A DNA stretch of 64,000 bases from Octopus vulgaris. Lineage: Eukaryota. The stretch lies in contig OX597814.1 of the NCBI GenBank assembly GCA_951406725.2, positions 221,774,001 to 221,838,000 of the forward strand, in the 5' to 3' direction. Shown piece after piece: positions 27,862 to 40,969 of the stretch (its first letter is position 1; the number at the start of each line of letters is the position of its first letter). A program made the position numbers and the translations under genes. The notes beneath the pieces were generated by a model, which saw only the letters and a program-made list of their open reading frames with translations, did no database searches and had not been told where the DNA came from.

Positions 27862-28310
27862 GACTGTGCTGATTTGGTCATGTGATGCATATGGATGAGG
27901 ACAGCTGTGTAAAGAACTGCCGAGCTCTAATTCTGGAGGTAAACTGTGAAAGGGGTAGATCCTGGAAGACGTGGAACGAAGTGGTAAGAAAATATCTTCG
28001 GACGGTGGGCCTCACTGAGAAAATGACAAGAGGCCAGGAGTTGTAGCGATTTGTTACACTTGGAAAGACGCATCAAGCTAAGTAAAAATGGTGTTTTACA
28101 TACAAGTCCTTTGCAGGTGCCAGAACCACATAAAATACACAAGTCCAGTACTTGCGACACATGAAAAACACGCAGCACACTCAATAAAGTGGTTTGCGTT
28201 ACGTAGGGCATCCATCTGTAAAACAAAATATGCCAAAACTGACAATTGGAGACTGGCCAGCTCCATAACAAACAGTCGAACCCATGCCAGCATAGAAAAC
28301 GTACGTTAAA
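27862..28310 (+). mobile_element. RTE-type LINE 3' end
   Basis: GHVMHMDEDSCVKNC...RGRSWKTWNEVVRK.L..GL, then 3' UTR and (GAT)n tail. Confidence 0.8.
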
Positions 28311-28447
28311 CGACAATGATGATAATGATGATTATGATGATGACGAAGACGACGACTCGACGACGACGACGACGACGATGATGATGATGATGATGATGAT
28401 GATCATGATCATGATGATGATGATGATGATGATGATGATGGTGGTGG

Positions 28448-28495
<48 letters not shown>

Positions 28496-28510
28496 CGATG
28501 ATGATGGTGG
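28311..28510. repeat. (GAT)n/(GAC)n microsatellite, RTE tail
   Basis: Directly visible. Confidence 0.95.
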
Positions 28511-28514
28511 TAAG

Positions 28515-28660
28515 TTTCTTCCAGTTTCCGAGTACCAAATCCATTCACAAGTCTTTGGTCGACCCGAGGCTTTAGTAAAAGACAAGGTGTCGCACAGCAA
28601 GACTGAACCTGGATCATATGTTTAGGATGCAACCTTATTAGAACACAGCCACGCCTGCGT
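28515..28660 (-). mobile_element. SINE family 1, 5' half
   Basis: TACCAAATCCATTCACAAGTCTTTGGTCGACCCGAGGCT...ACACAGCCACGCCTGCG. Confidence 0.75.
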
Positions 28661-29356
28661 CATTTGCATATATGTTGAGAGCGTGTATGTGCAAGTGTTT
28701 GCGTATTTGTTTATGCATAAATTCTGTCTGGAATTGGTCATCTTGGTAAGCGATAGATCGGTGTCACATATGTAAAGTCCAAGGCCAAAACACTGAAATG
28801 TCATCGGCTCCATTTATTTCAATCATTTCACTTCGTTAAAGAACGCACTGCCGCAAACACAAGTGCACCTTACAATTTGTTTCGTATTAGTAAAATGCTT
28901 AGTTGGAATGCTACTTGTTTTCCATAAATCACTGTTTTATTAAAATATGCATAATGCCACGGCGACAACAAGCAACTGGTGTCCTTGTGAATTGCCAATG
29001 CCAGTAGGGAAATAAACCAAAAGAATAATAATACGGTCTTGTTATAAAGGAGCAAATATTAAATTAACAAGCGCAAAGCCGTTTGTTTCTCTGTTTCAAA
29101 TTGTTGATTATATTGTCTAATATAATTTAACCATGAAAACCTTGTAGTCGAATCATCGATAATGTGTTTGCCAATTCTCAACACACTTGAAACAGAAATC
29201 CAGGTATGGCTTTTAGAGCGACGAGAATTATAAACATCTTTCACGTTTGTGAAAGCCTTTCGTGCGGCTTACTTGTACGGTGGGGGCAGGTGCCTCGACA
29301 CAGTCAACTCAGAATTGGGATAAAAGGGATATAAGCATACTACTACTACTACCACT

Positions 29357-29615
29357 GTGGAGGCGCGTGGCTTGGTGGTTAGGGTGTCAGCACCTTAATC
29401 GTAAGATTGTGGTTTCGATTCCTGGACCGGGCGACGCGTTCTGTTCTTGAGCAAAACACTTAATTTCACGTTGCTCCAGTCCAGTCAGCTGGCAGAAATG
29501 AGTAACGCTGCGATGGACTGGCGTCCCGTCCAGCGGGGGAACACATACGCCATAGAAACCGGGAAACCGGGCCCGTGAGCCTGGCTAAGCTTTAAACGGG
29601 CGCATTTATTATTTT
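29357..29615 (+). mobile_element. tRNA-derived CORE-type SINE
   Basis: TGGCTTGGTGG A box, GTTTCGATTCC B box, TTCTTGAGCAAAACACTTAATTTCAC; between (TAC)n runs. Confidence 0.85.
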
Positions 29616-29623
29616 TTTACTAT

Positions 29624-29667
<44 letters not shown>

Positions 29668-29727
29668 ATACTGCTACTACTACTACTACTACAACAACAA
29701 CAAAATGTAGTAGCAGTAAACATAATT

Positions 29728-29947
29728 CTAATTTTGGTACAAGACCAGCAACTTTAGAGAAGGGGATTATTCGATTACATCAGACGCAACAAATGACTGG
29801 TACTTTATTTTACCGATCCCAAAATGATGTTAAAATGACCTCGTTAAAATTGAACTAGGCGAGATTTGAAATCAGAACTTAAAATGTCTGAAGAATTTCT
29901 GCAAAACATTTTTTCCAACGCTCTATCCTTCTGAAAGCTCATCACGT
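29728..29947 (-). mobile_element. Degenerate SINE family 3
   Basis: ACTGGTACTTTATTTTACCGATCCC...GAGATTTGAAATCAGAAC is reverse-complementary to the family 3 core. Confidence 0.6.
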
Positions 29948-30039
29948 TGATGATTATGATGATGATGATGATGATGATGATGATTATGATGATGACCACG
30001 GCGACGACGATGATGATGACGGCAACGGTGACAATGATA

Positions 30040-31770
30040 TCTTCATTAAACCCTAAGTGTTACACAAGGATCTAAAAAGGTACAGGGCGATACAATATCA
30101 AATGATATGAAGCTACGTAGAAGCATATAAACATTAAATTAACACAATTAAATTAACCAAAAAAAACAATGAAACAAAAATATTGAAATAAGAAAAAAAT
30201 GTCCCCTAAGTCAGAAGATTCCAAAGGCTGCTCATGGAAATCCTACGAGTCCAGGGGCATCCTGAACACTAGTGCATGTACCCTCTCCACACCCTGATCC
30301 TGCAATCGACAGGTGCAGGCTCAGAGTGGTCCCCTCCACTTGGGTCATCATAGCGACGTTCACCCAACTTTCAACAAATTTGCTGGAAAAGCATCATTTT
30401 ACTCTTCACCTTCACTTTCCTTTTGAAGTGAAAATTTAAGAATTCGGTAAAGATATGGCTAAAAGAAATTATCAGTCTTCAGCTCTTTCAATCTGATCCA
30501 CCATATTTCATCTAAGGCCATAAGTCAGATAAACACTACCTGTCCTTCCCATCCAAAGAAAGGTGGCGGGAAGATATTCACAATAGACTGAGCCAACTGT
30601 CTGGCCGAGGGTAGTGCGCTGATGGCACTCCAGTTGCCAGATGCCCTGCTTCGGTCTGTGGTTAATCTAAGTCTGCAACTCAGCGAGAGAAAATAACTGA
30701 GGAAAAGTGAGTCTGACAAATAACAATGACACCTCCTCACTATCAAAGAAACGCCTCAGTGCACGTCTATGCATCATCAAATACGGCATGTCCGCTTCAC
30801 TCAGCAAATGTTGACAACAAATGAAGTAGCGGACCTTTAGAACGCATTTCTTTTACAGAAAGCGGAAGAGTAGGCGCCCCAGGCTGGTTATACATGAACT
30901 GAGGCAAAGCACGACGGTTAGGCGGTAATATGTGACGAAGGCCATGTGTACTTTCACCACCTCTGTTCGATCTTTAAGGGGTAGCGTTCTTTTTGCCAAT
31001 TTCTGGCTGAGATTAGGCACTCTGGTCATCACTTTGTTCTAGTTCTTCTCCACTTGAAGACCTGAACTAAACCAGATTCTGAGCAATTTAACCGATCCCT
31101 CTGACCAATGCCCCATCGGGCTCCACTGGACGAGATTGACCTGCCTTTATAGTTACCGAGCTGCAGGCCAACTGACTTTTCTTGGTTGATTTTTGCTTCT
31201 GTCACCGCATCGTATTCCTTCCTCTGGAGTAGTGCTGATCAGGTTTATCTGCCTGATGCCGGATAATATGACGGTGCTGTCATCTACTGATTCTTCCATG
31301 TTTTAGTTCGAGCAGGACACCGCTTAGCCTCTCCATTTTCAGCAATAGTGGCTCTAGATTCAGTAGGTACCGGAGAGACGAAGGGGGACAACATTCACGG
31401 ACTGATCGTACGCATGATGCTGAATGCTTCTAGCAGTTCATCTGAACTGCCACAAATAAGTTGTTCTATATTGCAGCAATCCAACTGCTAAAGGCGTAAA
31501 CCGAAATCAGCCGCCGTGAGAAGAGCCACCAAATATTGGTGAGCTCAAGGGATACAACCATGCTAGGTTCTTTACCTACCATTTCTGCGGTGTACTGCAT
31601 GAGCTGAAGGCTATTGTGGATAGATCTGCTTCGGGTGGTACATATTTGCCAGCCACTAATCACACTTTTGATGACAAGCACCAATCTCTTTGCGAACACT
31701 TTAACCATAATTCTGAAATCTGCATTAGCAGGATAAGAGCATATCTCCCAGAGACAACCAGAATACTATT
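30040..31770 (-). mobile_element. Tx1/L1-group LINE RT and 3' remnant
   Basis: ADFRIMVKVFAKRL..VI..VI...Q.C...RSIHNSL.LM resembles Tx1 RT domains 1-2; heavily decayed. Confidence 0.75.
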
Positions 31771-33635
31771 ACATTTAAATATAGTCATTTGATTAAGAAT
31801 TTTTCTATGAAAGCACATGTTTCTGAGTTCGATCGAGATGCGTGCAACATGAGAACATGTTGCTACCATCACTTCGGATTGACCAGCATATTGCGATTGG
31901 ATGTTGGTAGGCAGATGATGTGTGATATCTCATCATGTTCATATATTTTTGTGAGTGCGAGTGCATGTATTTGTGCTGTGTGTGTGTGTGCTTGTACTAA
32001 CATAATATAGACCTACAGATATAAATAGTATTCCGCTCTTTATATTTGACGTTATACTCGTGTGTATTCGTTTGCCAATTGCGCATTACCAGTTTTGCTG
32101 ATATGAATGAATAACTAAAATTTACGTCTCTGAATTTATTTAGCATTCGCCCGTTTCGCACAAACGAGAAAACCTCGAATCTACTCTTCGGGAAATAAAC
32201 TCCTGATGCTCGTAATGTAAAGGTAATTGTGTAATATCAAGAACTTAATTAACTAACGGGTCCCATAAACCGTCTTATTTTTTATTTCTTCACTAGTACC
32301 TAATGTGGTGCTCATTCGGAATATACTCACACTTCATAATAAACGTGGCTTTGCAAGAAGCAGCAGCTAATTCTTCCTCACACTATACTCTACATTCGTA
32401 ACAATGAAAGAAGACCATATTAGGTAACATGGGAAAAGAAGATGGTCACATCTGGAAAGCAATTAAATATACTGTACGCGATTATCTAAGCAATAAAACA
32501 GTAATAGCAACGACACCTACAACAACAAAAACATCACTATTTGCCGTAAAAACTCTTGCCGTAACAAATCTTAGATCAATTGTTAGCAAGATAAAATGCC
32601 TCAGGTAACAGATGTGTGCACAAACAAAATAGCTATCACCTTTGAACAATTATCGAAGTGCATGCAGAAGAACCAAGCCTTGTTCATCAATATCTAAATC
32701 AACGTCTTTATAGTGTAACCGTTCAGTGTACTATATGACTGATAACGCGTTCATTTATCAAAGAGAAAAACATGGCTCGTGTATATTCCATAGTCGTTGT
32801 TTGAAAGCAATGAATGGCCTCAATCGATAAAACTATCTCCTGTATATGCAAATTATAAAGATCACAAACACCAGAAATATGCCTACTGTGTTCATTTTAT
32901 GTGATATTCTCTTAAGAGAACATGCCTCACGCGTATGATGGATGGTTTCAGTCAGATGAATAAGAACCTAAAGCTTGAGAAAAAAGGAAATTTCCGAATG
33001 CAACATAGATAAAAGATATCCCGAAGAAAGTAAATATTGAGTCTGACATCAAAGTTTTATCAGCAGTTCCTGAAGATCAACTATACTACACCCTTTCACA
33101 CACACACACACACACACAACAAACGCATAAACACACAACCACACATAGATAAAACCCTTAAGCAGACATACACACACATCTATGTATGTAGGCATACAAG
33201 TGTTTATGTCGGTCTACAAGCAAAAAGTATTGGATTCCTCGACAGATTCCCATCCTTTTCTGGTTCAATATACTTCTTAAAGTAACAGTAAGCATTCGAA
33301 AACTTGATGATTATTACAACATATGAAATAGTTACTAAACAGTATTTAATGCCATGTTGGTTAGATCTAGCTAGAATATTCTAGTATAATTATCAGATTT
33401 ATAATATTATGTCTTAAAAATTTAATTAGTATTCATTTCAATGCGAATTTATTTAAAAATAAATCTGCTAGTCTAATCTTAATTTTGTTATAATTAAAAA
33501 AATCAGTATATATTTTATAAAGCTAGAGGATTTAAATTTTGAATTTACTTAATTAAATATTATTAATGAGATGTCTGATACTGATAGTTTTCATTAAATT
33601 TGTTGAGATTTAGGTGCAATATAGTTAGAACATAC

Positions 33636-33689
33636 CTTGTTTTCTGGTTTTAATCGACTTCAATGTATAATAAATTTTTTCTTGTATTA
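33636..33689 (-). other. Candidate 54-nt exon
   Basis: TCTTGTTTTCTGTTTTCAG acceptor, AAG|GTATGT donor; one open frame (IQEKIYYTLKSIKTRKQ). Confidence 0.4.
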
Positions 33690-36660
33690 CTGAAAACAGA
33701 AAACAAGATTCACTCACACATTTTGAAGCAAACATAATCATAAATTTAGAAACCAGTTGCTATCAATGCTGTTAAATGTTTATATTTGATATCTAAATCA
33801 TCAAAGCTCATCGTTGAGAAATTACTCTGAAAAACTATCAAAACTGAGAATGATTTCTTGCTCTTGCAAAAGCTCCAGGATTGTTTATTGTACTTATTGA
33901 TTAGGGATTTCTGTAAAATTCCAGAATTGGATATTTTATTGATGTTTTAGAGATATCTGCTGATTTCTAGTTTAACAGAACTTAAATGTTCAATTATATA
34001 TTTTCTCACTCGTTTAATACCACAAGGATTATCTTCATTTTTTAAATAGAATTTCAGTTAAGCTTGTGATTGAATTGAAGTTGCTATTTCATTCCATAAT
34101 TTTCTTTTCGCAAAGAAAGCAGTAAATGTATCACAATGCTCGGTAATAATTTTTTTCGTGAAGTTTTGAATCAATTATTCATAAAATATAGCAAAATCAA
34201 GAATCTATTCAAAGCTTAACTGCAAATAATCGACCGAGAATTTATGCTTTTACCGTTATCAAAACAAACACCGAATTTTTCTTTCTAATCTCAAAAGCTT
34301 CCTTCTGCAGGTTTCCTTTTGATATCCATCATACATCAGTATTATATAACACGTTCAAATGGCTTATAATATTATTCTGCTTGTCACAACGCGTGTTTGA
34401 ATGTTACGCATTTGAAGGGAAGTAACCTCACTTTCACCTCAATTGTTATACTTATCTGCTATTGTCAAACTGATGACAGTAAGACAGCACAAAGCAGGAA
34501 GAGGTAACGGGCGTTAATGGGAGAAGGCGGCAACAGTAAGAGAAATCAAGAGACATATTTCGAATCTTTTGCAGAACGAAAGAATATTATGAAGAATACT
34601 ATTTTTATGAAAATAGAAATAAGACACTTGAAATTTCTATGATTTTCGTTTGTTGATATTAAACCTCGACCAAAGCTGTATGAAAAGGATTTTTCTTTCA
34701 TAAAATCTGGAGAATTTTATCAAAATTAAAATAATTTCATTGAAGTTTCTGTGTGACTATTTACTTTAAAATCTTTCATACAAATGAAAGTGTGAGCAAT
34801 GTTTCAATTCATTTCGTTAAAACCAGTCTTACAATCCTGGATTTGGAATCAGTCATAGTAGAGAAGCGTTAGTATAAAAATATTGATTTATTCTATTTAA
34901 TTTTCTCTTCTAAAACAAATCCGAAATTAACTTTAAAATGTCTTAGGTGTTCCTTATTTCATTCGGTAGTGCTGAGAATAAAATCTTTCTGAGAACATTA
35001 TTATGGAAGATACAATATTATGAAAGTTACAATATAAGAACGATAAGCTGGGAAACTGTAGCTTTGTTGCATTTTTCTATGACGCTATTACATGATTTTT
35101 TAAGAATTAAACTTATCACTGACAGACACAATTTTACTGCAATCAGGATACAATGTTTAGTAGCAATACAGATTTTAAAAGTAATCAATATAAACATATA
35201 CTACACGCTTACCTACAGTATAGGATTTCCTGTTTTATGGGACACTTTAGATGAACTGTGGTAGGAAGTGCGTTGAGTGTATACATTTCGTTTAAAATAT
35301 CTTCCTCGTTCATATGAAGTCATCCTTTTCAAACAGTTTTGCAAGAAGACATCTCAAGATGTATAACATTCATTAAAATGTTAGGGAATTTAATTGGACT
35401 CAATGAATATTTCCTTAAAACTTGACTTCGAATGACACAACATGAGACAACTATCGAAGCTACTTCTCTTCACTGGTAATTTAAGTATAACAACCACTGA
35501 ACTGTGAAATTTGATTGAGTGTCTACAGATATACACCATTTCCTTGTATTTGTAATGTTAATTGTATTTTAAAATTTGATATGTATTTGAATTTCAGACT
35601 TTCTTCTACTTGTTTAGATAAATTTCATGCTGACTGAGCAAATCTATAATCAAGCGACGAGTTCTACAGACACCGATCTTTCATTTTGCAGTCTGTAATT
35701 CAGTGATTGGCTTGTTGGAAACCAATAATCAACGACATCACTGGACACGAAAGGCATGAAATAAAATCACAAAAAATAGTCGTCTATTGTTCTTTCGTCT
35801 TCTTTCTGATAGACTGCCCCCAGTGTCACACATTTTCCTGTCAGACTATTTTTTTCCTACTCAAACAATAGTATGACTTGAATGAGAGTTGGTAGCTATT
35901 TATAACAGTTTGAATGACCATGTGTATATTTTTTCGTTATATCAATATTACATTCAATTTCAATGCAACTTATTGATCGTAAGCTTATCACCTATAAGTT
36001 TCTTTCTTAATATTAGAACGAGGAAGATGATAGGTCGGAATATTGGCAGACTCCGTAGAACATCAGAAGAGAAACATAATGGTGGTATTTAATTATGCTT
36101 CTTTGTGTTCTAATTTCGTATCATAGCACGGCTAACAGTCGTTCACCTTCCCCAGGTCGATAAAATGAAAGCTGAACATTATCTTTTCTAAAATCTGAAC
36201 CCTTGAGTGTACGCTAGAAATCAATATCATTGAATAAAGTAGATGGCAAACTCAATATATAATTGCCCAAAATACCTTACAGTATTTAGTTACATTCTTT
36301 TGAGCTTTACGTTCTTATCCTGTCTACGTCAGGTTTAACTGCTACATTTTAGATAAGTCAAGAACTGGATACGATTGAATAGATTGCTTTCCTCTCAAAG
36401 TAAGTAGGTTTGTGTCTATGTAAGAAAACGCTAACAAAGAGATGTTCCTAATTCAAAAAATCACATGGCTTTTGATAAGACAAAACTATACTATTTTGAA
36501 ATTCGTTGTATCCCTTTATGAAAACTCCGCGGTTGAAGATGAAATCTTATTGATGACACGTTGTATCATTTGTCATTGCACCAAGGCGAAATTGTCGTCA
36601 CCGAGTTAATATATTAATATTACCGTGTCGCTTGCACAAAATTTAGATTAACGTCTAATG

Positions 36661-37450
36661 CCAATCATCAGATTAGTCAGCAGGTTAGCCCTTTATTAAA
36701 CTGCTCATCCAGTTGACACATTATTAGACTGCTCAACAAATTGCATAATATTAAATTGGCGATCTATAGGTTTTTATTAACAATATGACAGAAAAAAAAA
36801 TATATAGTGGTAAATTTCTGTATACCGAATAAAAATACAGTAGGTTTTCATATATGTAACGCATTGCGATTAGAAAAGTTCGATTCACTAAGATTATTCA
36901 AGCAATTAAAAGGCAATATCACGGGTTTTAGTTGCTTGAAATAAAAAGAAAATAAGACTGATAGATAGTTCTGTATAATAATATAGTAATTGCTAATTAA
37001 TGTGGATCTGGCCGGGTTTATTAGACCTCCTCAGTTGGCAAAAATATGTGTGATCGATATGAAGATAAAAATAGAAAGAAAGAAGTAACACAGGTTATGA
37101 ATATAAGCAATATGACGAAGGGGAGAAATTTCTCAGGCGATCGTTCTGCTTAATAAATTCAAATGCGAAAGGGTCTTATGCATATAATGCAAAGAGTTGT
37201 AAAATTTCGGTCAACTGCGATCATCTAATTAGTAGAGAACAGTTCCGATACACAATTAGAGTGATCATCTACTAAACACATTATTATACACCACCCGCTT
37301 AACACATTATTAAATTGCTCAGCTATTTGATATGATATTAATTTAACCACTCAGTCGACAAATTATCATATGAGCCACCCACTGAATACTTTATCAAATT
37401 GTTCATCTAGTCGGCACATTATTAATTTGCCACTTAATTGACATATCATT
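36661..37450. repeat. Two degenerate ~28-bp tandem arrays (36661-36770, ~37200-37450)
   Basis: Recurring CACATTATTAAATTGCTCATCTAGTCGA-like units at 26-28 bp spacing. Confidence 0.6.
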
Positions 37451-37988
37451 GAATCACTTTTCTGAAATTCAATGAAGTCAATGTAACCAGTATGAAGTTC
37501 CAGATTATTTCATGAATTAATGACCAATAACTTTTTAGATACGCTTTACTGGTTTTATTCATTGGACTTCTGCTATCCTGGGGCCCCAATTTTTGAATAA
37601 TTTTAGTCGGTCATATCGATACGTTACAGTGTGACTTAAAAGTGCTTAACTTAGCCCTGAGTTTTACACTATGAAATATTAAAACAGATATCGACGCAGG
37701 CACATAAACACACATCCATATGTTATAATTTCACTGACTGACTCCAACGCTTCACCGTGTATCAGTAATCCGTGATATGTGGATTACTGAGACTATGATG
37801 CGTCATATATCAAGCGAAACATTGAAGTCGCTGTCAATGAAATTATGAGTAATAGATCCTACACCTGTATCGAGTACATTAAATAGTCAATGCGCGTTAA
37901 TATTATGTATATAAAAACACTGAATTATAAATGTATACATAGATATATGCATACATGCATACATATATATACATATATGCATATATTA

Positions 37989-38833
37989 AATTAAAATACT
38001 GAGGGTTGAAATTGATATCAACCAATTAACATCAATTTAAATCAGTGGTTTGGCATATTCAAAAAAAAAAATCCGAAGATTTAAAAATTATATTAGAATT
38101 AATAAGAGGAATGACCACTAAAGTGGATTCCTATACGCTAGAAATAGAGGGCAAAATCTCCTTACCACAAAGAGTGTGTTCTCAAGAAAAAAAAAAACAG
38201 CCTTGCTTATTTTTTTTTTTACATTTTGGCCTTTGCTGATTGTTTTTTCTTGAGAATACATACTTTGTGGTAAGGCGATTTGGCGTCTATTTCTAGCGTA
38301 TAGGAATCCACTTTAGTGGTAATTCCTCTTATTAATTCTAATATAATTTTTAAATCTTCGGATTTTTTTTTATATGCTAGACCACTGGTTTAAAGTTGAT
38401 GTTAATTGATTGATATCAATTTCTACCCTCGTATTTTAATTCAAAATAGCCATGTTTTCAAACCGGTGAATTAACTGCGGTAATATATTATCTGCAGGGT
38501 TGTTTTCCGGCACTAGCGCGCCAAAGTGAAGGCATTTTGAAAAATGCCACAAATATATTTTGTAGAACTGTACATGAGTTTTCTTTCGGGAAAACGTTTC
38601 TGTGTATAGTTCTGTAAAATATGATTTTAAAATACGACAGGCTACGCTGAGGATTTACAGATGCTTGCATTTTGCAAGTATTAATAATGAAATCATGATA
38701 CGTAGGTAATCGTTTTATTTTGTAAATTTTCATTTGCCTTGCTTATTTTTTACATTTTGGCCTTGGATGTTTTTTTTTCTTTCTTGAGAACACACTTTTT
38801 GTGGTAAGTCTATTTCTATCGTATAGGAATCCA
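37989..38833 (+). mobile_element. Non-coding PLE-type insertion: ~210-bp inverted repeat, hammerhead and partial direct repeat
   Basis: Arms 37989-38201 and 38235-38441; about 38200-38312 repeated at 38736-38833; TA-rich flanks. Confidence 0.8.
38642..38705 (+). ncRNA. Type I hammerhead motif
   Basis: CTACG-CTGAGGA-stem II (ATGCTTGCA/TGCAAGTAT)-GAAA-TCATGA-TA-CGTAG; U-U mismatch at the base of stem II. Confidence 0.8.
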
Positions 38834-38842
38834 CAAATATGC

Positions 38843-38908
<66 letters not shown>

Positions 38909-39036
38909 TTATTTATATATATGTTGCCGATAATAGATTGCGACTGCGCAGTGAATTTGAAAAATATTAAAATGTACAAGCAATGAGTTTACAAGCTGAA
39001 TCGATCTCGTTGTGTATATATTTAATCTTAGGCTCA

Positions 39037-39103
39037 CCCATTGAAGAAGACGGCCTCAGTAAATTTTTATTTTAATGAAATAAGTCAGAAACCATGGTCC
39101 GGG
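39037..39103 (+). ncRNA. Degenerate type I hammerhead motif in a ~350-bp insert between (TA)n tracts
   Basis: CCCA-TTGAAGA-AGAC...GTCA-GAAA-CCATGG-TC-CGGG; palindromic stem III. Confidence 0.6.
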
Positions 39104-39323
39104 ATTTGAATTAGATGGTAAATGTTTTTATTTTTCCTTCCCTTCGAGAATTTATCCCTAATTATTGGCTGGGACTTTAACTGTTCTTTCTAGCGCAAAG
39201 CATTCCTATGATGGAAGCCTCTTAATGTGTCTTAATGTAAACGGTATTTTATATATAAATATGTATATATATATATATATATATGCATATATATACATAT
39301 ATATACATATATATGCATATATA

Positions 39324-39364
<41 letters not shown>

Positions 39365-39390
39365 CTTCAGTGTTATTCATTTTTTACATA

Positions 39391-39445
<55 letters not shown>

Positions 39446-40032
39446 GTGTGTGTGTGATCCCGCATAACTATCATGGAGCAAACTGGAGTTACATTGAAAA
39501 ACGCTTCTCTTAGGTCTTTGCTGTGTGATTGAGATCAAAACCACGTTGATAGTTTAGCTTCAAGCCCCATGAACAGCGCCATCTATGCATACTCGCATAC
39601 ATACACGCGCGCGCGCGCGCCTTTTGTAAATTCATTATCTGAATTATTATATGTTGTTTCACAGACTGTGATATCATAATCTCGAAGATCGGAGCCAACA
39701 TCTGAATGTTGTGAATTTGAATAACTAAAATTGTTTCTTTAGAACAATAGCAAGGAATAAAATTTAAAATCTGATCATGTTATTTCAACAACAGAGCAAA
39801 GAAATTATCTCGCTTTCGCTTTTCATTTGTATTTACTTTTTACTGCAAAAAGTGAGTTTGTGTAAAGTTATATAGTAGAAGTCATCTCAATTTTCTTTTT
39901 CGTACTACGTGCCTATATGTGTGAATATATATGTGCGTGTATATATATATATATATATATAACGGGAAGCTTTATGAAAATAGACAAAAGACGAAGGCAG
40001 GTGGAAAACAAACAAACAATTGTATTAGTATG

Positions 40033-40069
<37 letters not shown>

Positions 40070-40096
40070 GTATGTATATATATATATATATATATG

Positions 40097-40174
<78 letters not shown>

Positions 40175-40411
40175 GTGTATATATACAGTGAGCTTCCAAT
40201 CTGTTTCCGCCTACGAAATTCGATCATAAAGCAGTGGTTGGCTCACAGGTATGGTAGGAGACACTTGCCCAATGTACCGTGCAGTAAGAATGATCGCACA
40301 TCAGTGTGGTTGCCAACCTAACCTCTGTAGCACGCATCTCCACTTGCACCTGTGATATACGCGCGTGCACACACGCACGCACACGCACACACGGATCAAT
40401 GTATATACACC

Positions 40412-40459
<48 letters not shown>

Positions 40460-40463
<4 letters not shown>

Positions 40464-40969
40464 TCTACATCATCTACAAACTATCATCTACACCCTTCAC
40501 AGCTCACACACACACACGCACCTACACACCCACTCGAAACCCCATCATTTGCCGATATTCTCTTCGCCATAGACTGTGCACTGATAGAGACTGCAAATTC
40601 ACCCATTTACCTGGAACAAAACGCTCTATCCCCACAAACTACAACAGCAACCACCATAATACAACATCACCACAACCACCAATATCTCAAACAAGGAATC
40701 CCCAAATCTGCCGCTATTCCCAGCGAGACAGATTGTGTTTGCACAGGGATTGCCCCTTTACCCATCTCCCGGGGACTCGTCGGACATTTAAAGATAACCA
40801 CTCACATAAAAATAGCCGCGGCCACAGTCACCTGCGGTTCCCTAGACAGGAAACCACCTCTTCTTCCTCTTTTTTAGCTATAATGAATCTAGCAAAAGAA
40901 CTGGAAAAAAACATCCGAGCTATCACCCACCGCCATCCACCACTATTACCCCACTACACATGCCATTAA
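40460..40969 (+). CDS. LINE ORF1 C-terminal part with two Cx8Cx4Cx3H zinc-finger-like motifs
   Basis: CRYSLRHRLCTDRDCKFTH and CRYSQRDRLCLHRDCPFTH; stop codon overlaps the ORF2 start region. Confidence 0.65.

Noticed and set aside
33750-33900. Possible hAT dimerisation-domain remnant on the minus strand (SFSVL...STMS)
   Set aside because: Motif too short and decayed to support without a search.
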